A DNA stretch of 64,000 bases from positions 49,724,001-49,788,000 of the forward strand of contig NC_043008.1 of the NCBI RefSeq assembly GCF_006345805.1, read 5' to 3'. Origin of the DNA: Octopus sinensis. Its lineage: Eukaryota. The notes below the pieces were generated by a model that saw only the letters and a list, made by a program, of their open reading frames with translations, searched no databases and was not told the origin of the DNA. The position numbers and the translations under genes are program-made. Shown here piece by piece: positions 50,575 to 64,000 of this stretch; within the stretch, counting starts at the first letter, position 1; every line of letters starts with the position of its first letter.

Positions 50575-52228
50575 AAGGATGGGTCCACCAAGGTTCAGTC
50601 CTCAGCCCCCTCCTATTTATCATAGTCCTCTAGGCAATAACAGATGAACTCAAGACAGAATGCACATGGGGGCTCCTCTGTACTGATGACCTTGCTCTAA
50701 TTGCCGAGTTTCTATCAGAACTAGAGGAGCAGTTTCAGGTGTGAAAGCAAGAATTAGAATCGAAGGGCTTTAGAGTCAACCTAGCTAAAACCAAAGTCCT
50801 AATAAATAGGAAGGCAGACAAACCACAAATCCCTTCAGGTAGAAGGCCCTGCTTGATATGTAGAAAAGGCATAGGTAGAAGCTCTATAAGATGTACCCAG
50901 TGTAAGCTATGGATACATAAGAAGTGCAGCAATATCAAAGGAAGGCTAACTGGGAAGATAGTTTTTGTATGTAGCAGATGCTCAGGAGCAATAAACCCTG
51001 AAAATGTGCAGAGAGCAACTTCTGCCACATTCCAGGGAGAAAAACAAGTAGTTGATAGCTTCCGTTACCTAGGTGACCAAGTCAGTAGTGGTGGTGGGTG
51101 CTCTGAAAGTGTAGCTGCTAGAATAAGAATAGCCTGAGCAAAGTTCAGAGAGGTCCTACCTCTGCTGGTGACAAACGGCCTCTTGCTCAGAGTAAAAGGT
51201 AGACTGTATGACGCATGTGTACAAACAGTCATGCTTCACGGCAGTGAAACATGGGACGTGACTGCTGAGGACATGCGTAAGCTTGTAAGGAATGAAGCCA
51301 GTATGGTCCGATGGATGTGTAATGTCAATGTACATATTAGACAGAGTGTAAGTGCCTTGAGAGAAAAGTTGGACCTAAGAAGCATCAGATGTAGCATGCA
51401 AGAGAGATGACTGCACTGGTATGGTCATGTGGTGAGAATGGATGAGGATAGCTGTGTGAAAAATGCCACACCCTAGCAGTTGAGGGAAACTGTGGAACCT
51501 GAGGAAGACCTAGGATGAGGTGGTGAAGCATGACATTTGAACATTAGGTTTCACCGAGGCAATGACTACTGACTGAGACCTTTGGAAATATACTGTGCTT
51601 GAGAAGAACCAGCAAGCCAAGTGAGACCATAACCTGTGGCCTATGACAGGAGTGTAACCAGCCCACTTATGCATACCTTTCCTTCATTGGACACTAAACT
51701 CTGCTTGTGAAGACCTGTTGAGGCAAGTAAAATCAAAATCAAATTCGATGACAGCACCGCATGACTGGCATCCATGCTAGTGGAGCGCTAAGAGCACCAT
51801 CCGAGCATGATCGTTGTCAGGGCTGCTGACTGGCTCCCATGCCGGTGGCACGTAAAAAGCAGCATTTGAGCGTGATCGTTACCAGCATCGCCTTACTGGT
51901 ACTTGTGCCGGTGGCAAATGCAAAACAATATTCAAGCGAGGTCGTAACCAGTGCTGCTGGACTGGCTCCTGTGCAGGTGGCACATAATAAACACCATTTG
52001 AGCATGGCCATTGCCAGAACCACCTGACTCACTCTCATGCTGGTAGCACATAAAAGCACCCACTACACTCCTAGAGTGGCTGGCATTAGGAACGGCATCC
52101 AGCTGTTGAAATTCTGTCAGATCAGATTGCAGCCGGGTGTAGCCATCTGGCTCACAAGCCCTCAGTCAAATCGTCTAACCCATGCCAGCATAGAAAGTGG
52201 TCGTTAAACAATGATGATGATGATGATG
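50575..52228 (+). mobile_element. 5'-truncated RTE-clade LINE
   Basis: Colinear with 32400..34090 (RT C-half, GRSSIRCTQCKLW, VVDSFRYLGD), with the 3' UTR repeats and (GAT)n tail. Confidence 0.93.
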
Positions 52229-52489
52229 AACGGCGAACTATATATGTAAAGAAGGTTAATGTCTTATAACAGGCCTTCCCAAATTTTATTAAACTGTAAC
52301 CCCTTTTCTTTCATTAACACTTCATCATACCCCTTTCTATGATTCAATGCTCTCTTGCTAAGATTTAACCACCCCATCTTTAATGTACATATACTTAATA
52401 TTAAGCTAGACTAATAAAGCTCCAAATAGATTTATGGTCAAAGGTGATTACTTGAACTTTTAGTACATCACTTCAGTCACACTTGTATA

Positions 52490-55400
52490 ATAATAATAAT
52501 AATAATAATAATAATTGTGTACAGTGCTCAGGTGCACTACAACTCATCTAAAGTGTATATATAATCAGGTGTAGTTTCGGCGGATTTCGGAAAGCATGAG
52601 GGCCTTAAAAGATGCAGTGTCATGGCAGTCAACAACTGACGCAGGCAGTTTATTCCATGCTTCAGCAACTCTGAGCGTGAAAAAATGTTTCCGAAAGTCA
52701 TGGGAGCTGTATTGTTTTCTGACTTTGTAGGCATGTCCACGTGTGTTAGACACATGAAGATCAAAAAGGTGTTCAGTGTTGTTGTTGGTGAGGTGGTTGA
52801 TAACTTTGTGGGTGTTTACCAAGTCCGTCGCCAAACGCCGGAGCTTCAGTGAATCCATGCCCAGGGAAACAAGGCGCTCAGAATATGGTAGGTGTCTGAT
52901 GGAGGGTATGCGTTTGGTTGCACGTCTCTGGACAGATTCCAGGAGGTCAATGTTCTGTGCAAGATAGGGGTTCCAAACTGATGATGCGAATTCCAAGTGT
53001 GGTCGTACCATAGCTGTATACAGTTTTAAATAGATGGCTGGAGAGCGGCTAACAAAAGACCTGCTGAGTGATGCCAAGACACCCTCGGCCTTCCTGACAA
53101 TCTTAGAGATATGCTTTGACCAACGCAAATCACTGCTGACAGTGATGCCTAGGTCACGCTCGCAAGAGGATTTCTTGATATCAGTGTTGTGGAGGGAGTA
53201 AGTGAACGCAGGGTTTTTTCTCCCAAAATGCATGGTGGTACACTTGTCCACAGCCAGTTTCAGTTGCCAGTCTGTGATCCATTGCTGCATTGTGTCTAGG
53301 TCTGATTGCAGGAAAGAGTTGTAGACATCAGGATCTGTCCTCTTGATTTCAAGGTACAGCTTGATGTCGTCTGCATATTTCAATACTATGGCATTCTTTA
53401 AATTGGCATCTATGTCGTTAATGTATGCCACAAACAAGAGGGGACCAAGGACAGATCCCTGTGGTACACCCGATGACATCTCATATGGTGTAGAGTGCTG
53501 TCCTAGAACTGTGACTACCTCCTTTCGGCTGAGGATGAAGGATTTCAACCAGTTAAAAAGGTCATCCCCAACACCCATTGCAGAGAGTTTCACCATAAGC
53601 CTTTTGTGTGGCACAGAGTTGAAAGCCTTAGCAAAGTCAAGGTAGACAACATCCACCCATGAGCCACTGTCAGTAATCTGAGTAATGTCCTCAAGGAACT
53701 CGACAAGCTGGTCACTGCAGCTGGAGTTAGGGACAAATCCATATTGTGAGGGTTGGATGAGACTGTGAGAGCTCCAGAAGTTCCAGAGTGTTTCTCTGAC
53801 ACACGATTCCATCAGTTTTGCAATACAGCTAGTGAGACTGACTGGGCGATAGTTGACAGGTGATGTGCGGTCGCCCTTTTTGAACAGAGGAATGACACTG
53901 GCAGTTTTCCACTGCTCCGGAGTAGCACCATTGTTGAGACAGTACTGGAAGAAAATAGAAAGCTGGTGTAAAAGGAAGTGCCTGCCACGTTTGAGAAGCA
54001 GGTATGTAACTCCATCGAGACCAGGGGAGGCATAGTTGCGCTTATTTTGAAGGTGACGTCGCAGCATTGCAGGTGTAAATTCCATAGTTGTTATGGAGTT
54101 TGCTGTTAGTGATGGTGAAGATGGTACATTTTGACTTTCAACAGTGAATATGTTTGCATAGTACTCGGCAATGAGTTCTGCGCATTCCTTGGGGTCGTCA
54201 GTGATCTGGTTTGTGTGAGGGTTGCGAAGAGGGCCCACTGGAGAGTGAGGTCTCTGCTTTGAGTGCATATTTCCAGAAAACCTTGCTGTCAGGATTGGCT
54301 GCTATGCACTGTTCAAATTCAAGCACTGCTTTTTTTGTCACTTGCTTGCTTGAGATGGTTGGAGGATTTATTCCGCTTCTTCCTGTTGGTGTCTGATTTA
54401 TGCAACCTGTATTCCCGTTCAGCAGTCCGACGTTCCCTCCTGGCAAGTCGGACCGCTGAAGTTTCCCAAATTGCCCTTTTGGGGCGGTTCTTCTTTTTTG
54501 TTTACGTGGCACAGATGCTGCACATGCTGCCCATATTGAGTCCAGGATACTGGAGTATAGTATTCACATCTCCAGAGTTGTAGAATTCACGCCAGTTTGG
54601 GTGCTGTAGTTCAGTGTGGTACAGGTTCCAATCTGCTCTCTTCCAATCGAAGGAAGCAGATTGTAGATGGTTCAGGTTTTCGTTGCCCGCAAGAGCCAGA
54701 TTGGCGATGATCATAGCATGATCAGAGTCACCTAGAGGTTCCTCCGTAGTGCAATTGATAACCGCTTCAGGAGTTGTGGTGAAGAGCAGGTCCAAGGTGT
54801 TGTCGCCTCTTGTTGGAGAGGTGACTACTTGTGACCAGTTTGAGTCCAGCACAAGCTCAACAAAATCGTTTGCACTCTGTGGCCAATGGAAGGTCTCCCA
54901 ATCGATCTCAGGATGATTGAAATCGCCTGCAATAAACACATAAGTGGCTGTTTTCCTGGCAGCAGCTCGGAGGACATTGCAAAGCTGTGTGTCCCGATGG
55001 TAACTTGGGGGACGATAAACAACGCCAAGCAGGAGTGTTGACATGGTCATACACACGTCACAAAAAAAAACTTCTTGTGATTCGTTCAAATCGGCACAAG
55101 GAATTACCAAAAAATTTGAACGAACGTAGACCATCACACCACCACCACGGCGGTTAGTGCGGTCCTTACGGAAGAGGTTGTACCCCGTAATGTTGAAAAC
55201 CCCATCACAGAGTAAGGAATGCGCCCATGTTTCCGTGACAGTGATGAAGTCAGGGTCAACACTTCTGACGTAGGCGTTGAACAAATGTATTTTGTTGCAT
55301 AAACTGCGAGCATTTAAGGACAACAATTTGTACCCTGCTCGCAGTTTATGATGGTGTGTAGAGGATGGCAGGTTGTTCTGGCTTAGTTTCCCTGAGTTGC

Positions 55401-55545
55401 TGTAGTCTTTTTAGTTATTGTGGGTAGAGAGCACTCAGACCAGCTGGTATCTCTCTTCCACGTTTCAGCAGTCTTGACAAATCTCCAGATTTGTCCATCT
55501 TCCCGAAGACTGAAGCTTTCCTGTAGAGCTGAGTTCCTATTCAGG
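52490..55545 (-). mobile_element. CR1/L2-like LINE: APE endonuclease and RT, 5'-truncated
   Basis: APE ORF 54502..55326 (TVTETW, GDFNHP, DLLF, GDSDH). RT ORF 52565..54268 (QYGFVPNSSC, YLDFAKAFNSV, QGSVLGPLLF, YADD). (ATT)n 3' tail at 52490-52513. Confidence 0.95.
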
Positions 55546-55560
55546 GAAGCCACTAAAATA

Positions 55561-55925
55561 ATGAAATTATTGTATACAGTGCTCAGGTGCACCGCAACTT
55601 GTCAGAAAGTGCATATAAAGTACATGCAGTAATGTAAAAATGTCTGGAAAGTGAACAATGTATGAGTCAGATACATGCTTGTGTGTGTATGGAGGGCAGA
55701 AAATCAGGTGTAGTGTTGGCAAATATCAGATAGCATGGAAATTTTGAAGGATGCAGTGCTCTGACAACTAACAACTGATGCTGGCAGTTTGTTCCATGCT
55801 TCAGCAACTCTCAGCGTGAAAAAATGTTTCCTGAAGTCATGGGAGCTGTGCTGTTTTCTGACTTTGTAAATATGTCCACAGGTATTAGACAGGTGGAGTT
55901 TGAAAAGGTGCTCAGAGTTATTGTT
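55561..55925 (-). mobile_element. Older 3'-end fragment of the same CR1-like family
   Basis: TACAGTGCTCAGGTGCAC... and TTCCATGCTTCAGCAACTCTCAGCGTGAAAAAATG match 52519..52750; another tip near 37860-37890. Confidence 0.85.
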
Positions 55926-56679
55926 TGTTCTTATTCATTATGTCACATATATACTGATGTAGCTACCAGTTTCTAGTAATAGTTTCTATATATTCACAAG
56001 CACATATGCTGTTTTCCCAGCAACATGCAAGTTTACATATGTCTAGTTATAGATGTGAATAAATCATGTGATTAACAAACAGCCAGGGCATTACATATTG
56101 CTACAAGTGCAGTAGCTGTCTTTATTTCATGTATGGAAATACTCAAAATTTTGAGAATATCTTTTAAATTGAATTTAAGTTTACTGTTTATAAATTTCAT
56201 GCCATAGATAGTATATAATCAGTTTTGTTTAATTATTCATTTAATTTCATAGTCTTTTAATATTGTTGATTTGTTCTTGTTATTGTCATCATTATGATTG
56301 TGAACAACAAGTAGTTTCTAATAATTACATATCTAAAATTATTTTAAGATTTAATATTTAAATATGAAACAAAGATTAAAAAAACTGTAAAGATGTATCT
56401 ATTGCTCCTTCCTATTGTCCCCTTGCCCCAGTGGCCATATAAATTTTCACACACTTCAAGGTCAGTATCACCTACTTTGTGAAACACTGCCTCATTGTAT
56501 TGAAACATGGGTGGTGAATGCAGAAGATTTTTATAGAGTAGAATGCTAACATTTACTCAAAAAGGTTTCCATTAAACAGGAATTTCTTGTGCAACATTAA
56601 ATAATAAAAAAAGACTGGAAATAAAAATAAAGCATATGAGAAGGATAAGTTGTGCAGAAATATGGAAGCATTAAATTAC

Positions 56680-56734
56680 CTGGACAGTCAAAATGATAAT
56701 GTCTACAGACTAATCTGTTCTTTAGGACATTCTT
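56680..56734 (-). CDS. Receptor gene: domain-1 second exon (55 bp, phase 0-1)
   Basis: Acceptor ATTTTCTCTATATTAG and donor G|GTAATT. Reads KNVLKNRLVCRHYHFDCP. Joins 62206 (phase 0) to 50387 (phase 1), giving DCP-G-VHW, which parallels ECSLRS-D-LEW. Confidence 0.72.
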
Positions 56735-58765
56735 CTAATATAGAGAAAATAGTTTTAAATAATTTCAACCATTGTAATTTATGAATTAAAAAATTAACTT
56801 CTGTCAACTGGTTAATCAGGCTAGAGTAAACTATTCTATGCTGATGAGGTCTAATAGACTGAAATATGCCCATAGTTATCCTTTGTTTCAATTTTGGATG
56901 AGGTGCTCCTATATTATGTACATTAACTTTGAGTATTCATCTAATTTTTTGAAATTATTTCACCTTTTCTTTGAATGTTATTAACAATTACTATAGAATT
57001 TTATTTTCTCTTCAGTTTAGTGTGAAATTTTCACTTAATTTAGAATATTCTACATGAAATTCAGTATATCATCTTTATAATTTATTTTATATAAATCCAT
57101 GCCATGGGTCCATTTGTGTTATCAACCTTAGCTCATATTTTTTATTTAATTATAGAAAATATACCAGCCTAAAATTATTTGTAACTGTTTTTACATATTA
57201 AAAACATTGTAACTTGGAGTAACTAAGCTATACCAATGCCTAACAGACAGAACACTCATCGTTGCACTTCTCACCTGCAAATTAGTTTGAAAAATTAATT
57301 CTAAATTTTAAAAAATGATCTCCCCTTTTCCTTGAGAGTTGCCAACAATTGCAACTAGATTTTCATTTTCTTCCCCTACATAAAAAGGAAATTTCAATTA
57401 ATTAAGAATTGTTTGTATGCATCAGGTAGTGTATCAACCCTTAGATTATACAATGTTTTAAACTCAGAACAATCTTTTTATATCCATTTTCATGTGTCAA
57501 CATTGATTGGAAAAGTTGTCGAAAATTTCACTAATGACATGTGATTGACTGGAGATATTGATTTTACTGCTGTTTTTCTTTCTTCTGCTGACTACACAAC
57601 TGTGGATTGAACCACTAAATGTAGAATAATGTGTCTTTCCTAGGGATTGAATAGCAACAATAAAATTTGAACTGATAATATTGATCTTTGTTGTTGAGCA
57701 TATTAATCTTACAATTATTATGCTTCTTTGGGTGTGGGTGTGTGGGGTGTGGAGGGATGTGGTCTGTGTGTGTGTGTGTGTGTGTATGTGTGTGTGCTGT
57801 ATACATGGATTTTAAAGATGAATGCAAGAAAAAGAAAGAAAAAAGAAAAGAATAAAATCATTTTTAAAGGAAAATCTTACATCTTTCTAATTCAGAATCA
57901 ACTGTTGAACAATCTGCCTGGCACTTAGCAACATACATTTCATGAAGATGGTGATTTTGAACAAATGCCTAAAACAGAATGATTCAGCAAAGTTAACAAC
58001 AGAGCAATATTTAAAATAATTTGATGATGATGATAACAATGGTGATCATGATGACTATCACGATGATGATGATCATCATTATCATCATCATGATCATGAG
58101 GTTATTCATGACAATGACAGTAAAACTTTTATAGTGTACAGCTTGTATTATGTTTCTCAATCCAAGATTGCTTTGAAGCTGTGTACACACACGTGCACAC
58201 ATTCATATATGAATATGTATACATATGTGTGTGTGTTTGTGTGTGTGTGTGCATGTGTGTGTATATGTGTGTACTCATGTATAAGTATTTATACACACAC
58301 ACATGCATGAATATACGTATATGTGTGTTAATGTTTCTCTATGTCTATGTTTATGTAAGGTCCTATATTTTTGTGTGCGTGTGTACATTGTTATGCATGT
58401 ATATGTATGTGCATATACATCTCTCTATATATATGTTTATGTATGTATATATATGTCCGGAGGTGGTTAGTGTTTGTATGTATGTGTGTATGTTTGTAAT
58501 TAAACATTCCCTATTTAAACAGTGAATAACAAACTCTAAAATAACAGTTTGAAAACCACTTTTATCATTATCTGGTCACAGAAGCCTCCCTATAATTTTA
58601 GGCGCAGGTGTGGCTATGTGGTAAGAAGGTTGCTTCCCAACCACATGGTTCTGGGTTCAGTCCCACTGTGTGGCATCTTGGGCAAGTGTCTTCTACTATA
58701 GCCGAGGGCTGACCAAATGTTTGTTTGTGGATCTGGTGGACAAAAACTGGTATAAGTCTGTCATG

Positions 58766-58796
<31 letters not shown>

Positions 58797-58813
58797 TATA
58801 TATATATAGATAT

Positions 58814-58877
<64 letters not shown>

Positions 58878-59023
58878 ATATATATATATTTGCGGATCTG
58901 GTAGACAAAAACTGGAATAAGTCCGTCATGTATATATATATATATATACATGTATATATATACATGTATATATATATACATGTATATATATATACATGTA
59001 TATATATATATATATACATACAT

Positions 59024-59058
<35 letters not shown>

Positions 59059-59059
<1 letters not shown>

Positions 59060-61126
59060 CTTATTATAAAAGGCAGATTTTATCTGCCTCCCTTTGTAAC
59101 TTATAGAAATCTACAATATAGGATTTCTTCAATTACAATTTAGTTAGCATTTTTAAGAGTAGAATGCATCGGGTCATGCCAGGTCCAGTTTTTAAAATTT
59201 AAACTCCAATTAAGCAAAATTTACAGAAAACTCACATTCTGGTGTGTATGTCAAATGCTTTTCTTAATGTGGTTTACACCACACGCACACGCACACACAC
59301 AGTGTGCAACGAATAAAATGAAAGTAAATAGCGACAGAGTGATTTGAGGAAGACTAAACAGAAAGTATTTAAACCACTACTCAAAAAATAAAAAAACACA
59401 GCAAACAGAAACAAATAAATACATAACGATTTACTCCTCACACAATTTCTTCAATTAGAGTTTACCTAAGATTTTTGAAAGTACTCCATTCGGTCATGCC
59501 ATAATATATTTCTTTCAATTTCACAAAATTAAGACAAAATTCGAGAAAACTCAATATTTTAACATTTCACTCTGAAAGCATTGGCACAGGAGTGGCTGTG
59601 TGGTATGTAGCTTGCTAACCAGCCACATGGTTCCGGGTTCAGTCCCTCTGCGTGGCATCTTGGGCAAGTGTCTTCTGCTATAGCCCCGGGCCGACCAATG
59701 CCTTGTGGGTGGATTTGGTAGACGGAAACTGAAAGAAGCCTGTCGTATATATGTATATATATATAAGTGTGTGTGTATATGTTTGTGTGTCTGTAGTTTG
59801 TCCCCCTAGCATTGCTTGACAACCGATGCTGGTGTGTTTACGTCCCCGTCACTTAGCGGTTCGGCAAAAGAGACTGATAGAATAAGTACTGGGCTTACAA
59901 AGAATAAGTCCCGGGGTCGATTTGCTCGACTAAAGGCGGTGCTCCAGCATGGCCGCAGTCAAATGACTGAAACAAGTAAAAGAGTAAAAGAGTAAAGTAC
60001 ATGTGTGCATGCGTGAGTGTGTGTGTGTGTGTGTGTTTGATGGGTTGTGCGACACAGAAAGTGTGGTGTGTAAGTGAAGTGCTTTTGTTAGTGTGTGTAA
60101 AGAGACAGACAGAGTGAAAGACAGAAATAACTGAACTTTTTTTATTCACTTTTTGTAGTGAGTGACTGAGAGAGAAAAGAGAGAGAGAGGTTATGTATGC
60201 ATATATGTATGTATGGCTTCAGTGACACACACACAAAAACACATACCTACGTACACCTAAAGCACGCACACACACACACACACAAGCGGAGCGCGAACTT
60301 CAAAATTTTGGTAGTATTAATTTGCGAGCGTACTTCTAAGCGTGCGTAATTGAAAGTTTTTACTATGATATCATCACGTGCGAAAAAATTCGAAGGGTTT
60401 TGAACAATTGAGATACACATGTCACACCTGTATTGAAACCATTGCTAAGCTGCCGTAATTGCTTAATTAAGACTTTGTTTAAATTGAAAGGGGCAAATAT
60501 GTGACGAGGTTGAAAAAAAATACCCCAGAAAAAAAAATGTACTGCTGGTATTTATATAATTCACTACTATTTTGCTACAATGTCATGAAAAAGAAAAAAT
60601 TTAGGTATGTAAATCGAATTCGCCACTCCCTTTTCCCCGTTCGCGTTTGTGTAAAAAAAATTATTATTGAAGTTTTAAAAATTATTTACTTTGTTCAAAA
60701 AATATTAATATTAATTAATTTTCAAGAATTATTTAATTTTATTCTGTAAAATAGTAATTAAATCATTTATCTATAAATCCGCGAGGTTGTTACTCAGGCA
60801 CCTAGAATGGTAACCTTCAACTAACACTATCTCCTCCGAGACCCTGCGGCGCAAGTTGACCAAAATTGAGAGTATGGTAGAAGAAGGGTTGCTCTTCCTT
60901 CCGTAGAACATAAAATTCAAATCGGACCATGTTAACACCAAAAATTATTTACATCAAAAAGATGCTTTTTTCTATGAAAATCCCTATTTTTTACGATTTT
61001 TTCACTGCTGTGTTGCCACTTTTCGGTGTATTTCGACCAGAAAAATGTTCACAAAATTTTTACTTTTCAAAATTACAATTCCAGCGGGTTGAAACAAACC
61101 CGAGCAACGCCGGGCGATACTGCTAG
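59059..61126 (+). mobile_element. Helitron-like element, duplicate copy
   Basis: Same 2068-bp TC...hairpin...CTAG element as 1897..3964. Confidence 0.8.
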
Positions 61127-61324
<198 letters not shown>

Positions 61325-62205
61325 GTATATATGGACTGATAATATTGATCTTTGTTGTTGAGCATATTAATCTTACAATTGTTATGCCTCTTTGTGTGTA
61401 TGTGCGTGTTGGGGGTATGTACGTGTGCTGTATACAAGGATTTTAAAGATGAATGCAAGAAAAAGAAAGAAAAAAGAAAAGAATAAAATCATTTTTAAAG
61501 GAAAATATATGTATATATATATATATGTATGTGTGTTTGTGTTTGTTTGTCCCCACCACCATTGCTTGACAACTGTTGTTGTGCATTTACATCGCTATAA
61601 ACTAGCAGGTTGGCAGAAGAGACCAACAGAATAAGAACCAAGCTTACAAAGAAAAATTCCAGGAGTCAATTTCTTCAACTAAAAGCTGATTCTCCAGCAT
61701 GGCCATAGTCAATTTAAACAAAGTCTTAATTAAGCAATTACGGCAGCTTAGCAATGGTTTCAATACAGGCGTGACATGTGTATCTCAATTGTTCAAAACC
61801 CTTCGAATTTTTTCGCACGTGATGATGCATATAGCTTTTATTGCATAGTTCAGAGATAAAACTTATACAAAGGGCATTAAGTTCAATTCCTTATAGATGA
61901 AAACTTTCAAGCTCTTTGCATCCAAGTTTATATTCAAATATATGAATACCTGCAAAGAAAGCCAACTGTTACATAACTTTTGCTTTTCTGAAACAGCTGT
62001 CAAGTGAAGACATTACATAATTTCTTTATGTTTTTCTTTTTTTTAGAATGTGTGCTATGCTATTGGTGTTATAAAATACCAGTTTAATCTTATTTCATTT
62101 AAAATAGAATAAATTTTGATAAAATAGGTATATTAGTGTGTGTGTGTGTGTATGTGTGCATGTGCATACATATGTGTGTATGCGTGTGTGTTTTAATTTA
62201 CTTAC

Positions 62206-62402
62206 CTTATAAGCCTTAGGGTAAGGTAGCTTAATATAACTTGGTTTTTCTTCATCATTCAATTTAAATGTAATTTCAAAACATTTAGGATCTTTTGAAG
62301 CTGCCACTTCTCTTACGAATTTCTTGTTAAGAATCATGCGAACTGAAGAGCGATACACCACAGTATGACAAACTTTTACATCCCATATTGTGGCATGAGT
62401 AT
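62206..62402 (-). CDS. Receptor gene, right copy: domain-1 exon (197 bp, phase 1-0)
   Basis: Same splice sites as 5037..5233. Reads THATIWDVKVCHTVVYRSSVRMILNKKFVREV...EEKPSYIKLPYPKAYK. Confidence 0.85.
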
Positions 62403-64000
62403 CTGGCAAATAGAAAAAAGGGAAACAAATTTATCTTTGTAACATCTAAAAACTTTTACAATACAATGTGAATAGTTAGTCAACTGTTCTATTCCAATAT
62501 TCAGTTATTGGTTTCAATCAGATGCTGTGGCCGAGCTGGTGCACCAGTCTAGTTATTCAAAGAAAACTAGTAAAGAACATGGAAATTGTTTTTGAAAATA
62601 ACATGAGAATATGAATAATCATGTAAATTTGGATTCTTTACTAATTTTTTCTAAAGAAAATTTTCTTTTCCCTTTTTGCATGTTTTTTTCATGAATCAAA
62701 CTTAAATTTGAATCTAGGTAATTTTTTTAACAACATCCACTCTAATTTCATGACTGAGTGGTTGATGTTAAAGCAGCAGAAAGAGTTACTTAATCACTAT
62801 GGTCAAAATTTGTCTACCATTGTCTTTTACATTTCAATGTCCTTTAGATCAATGCTAAAATGCAAAAAGAAAAATAAGAGAGAGAGAAGTCAAAAAGCTC
62901 TCAACAAAAGAATAATTTCTCAAATGAAACTTCACCACCTCTACATCATTATTATCCTTGCCATCATCATCCTCGTAACCACCACCACTACCACCATAAT
63001 CATCATCATCATCATCACCACCACCACCATAGCCATCATATGGATGGATGAATGGATGGATGGATGGAAAAGTGTTAAAGGTTTCTGTACAAATGTTATA
63101 TAATTTTTAAAATGGGTAAAAATGCACAGTTACATTAGGAGAAATATGGTAATATTTCATGACAAATTTAATTCATTTAAATCTATCCAATGTTATTAAC
63201 TTACATAACTGGTTTTATCCATTGTAGTTGTGGATTTATAAAGTGAAAGTAGCTATAGTGTTTGCAATATAAAGGGTTAGAGTTTTGTAACTGGACACAC
63301 AACTAGGGTAACAAGATAAAACACAAAATATGAAAGGATATGGCCTTTAGACTGTAAGGTTAGGAAGGGTACATTAGAAATTTGAGTGACAAGATAGGAT
63401 TTTTAAATGAAGGACTGCCCTAGAGAGATTGATAGGCAGATACATGGAGAGAATCAGCAATATAGGTAGATAGATTAATAATTATTCTTTCATGTAAGAC
63501 AAGGAGTGGTTAGTTGAACTTTGGTTTCAGGCTTGTCAAAAATATTTCAAAGTGCCTTCTTTAGTAATCCATCATGATTACTAGCAACAATAACCAAATA
63601 GCCCTTATATTTTGGAGTGCCTACTTTGGTAATCCATCAAGATTACTAGCAACAACAACCAAATAGCCCTTATATTTTGGAGTGCCTACTTTGGTAATCC
63701 ATCAAGATTACTAGCAACAACAACCAAATAGCCCTTATGATAAATACAAAGACACAAACATAGATACACACGTTCATATTTACTCATACACACATACATA
63801 TATTCTCATACACACACACATACATAATGACTTGCACCCATGCACACATGAGTTAATGGTAGATTGTATATATCAAAAACTATGTGAATATATGTGTGTG
63901 TGCGCGTGTGCATGTGTGTCCATACAAGTGTATCCTAAGTTGCCTGAAATTGTTTGTCAATTATTCCAGCAAGGCTTTTATTTCATAATAAATTTTCTTC

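Overview
AT-rich, microsatellite- and transposon-dense animal genomic DNA. The SINE, RTE and Helitron repeats look like those of octopus or another coleoid cephalopod (inferred from recall, not searched). The main content is one unannotated multi-exon gene on the minus strand, which I reconstructed by hand from splice sites and reading phases. It encodes a type I single-pass receptor-like protein of about 560 aa: signal peptide, four divergent ~85-115 aa extracellular repeats (each split over a phase 1-0 exon and a phase 0-1 exon), short stalk, TM helix, and an acidic Tyr-rich tail ending in T-A-I. The window covers one 57,136-bp period of a near-identical direct duplication (1..6832 matches 57137..64000). 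Exons 62402 to 23858 therefore belong to one copy, and exons 8723 to 5037 belong to the next. Three features stand out. (1) The 7-kb 'satellite' at 38762..45740 is an amplification of the domain-3 exon and its donor site; five extra copies are in frame and could be cassette exons. (2) The domain-1 exon has six substitutions between the two gene copies, all non-synonymous, while the flanks are about 99.9% identical by eye. (3) The terminal exon is open in two frames. Introns carry Tc1/mariner, RTE, CR1-like, Helitron, Penelope-like, MITE, SINE and LTR elements. One LTR element has a primer-site-like tract complementary to the 5' end of tRNA-Phe. No database searches were run, so exon calls rest on sequence logic alone.
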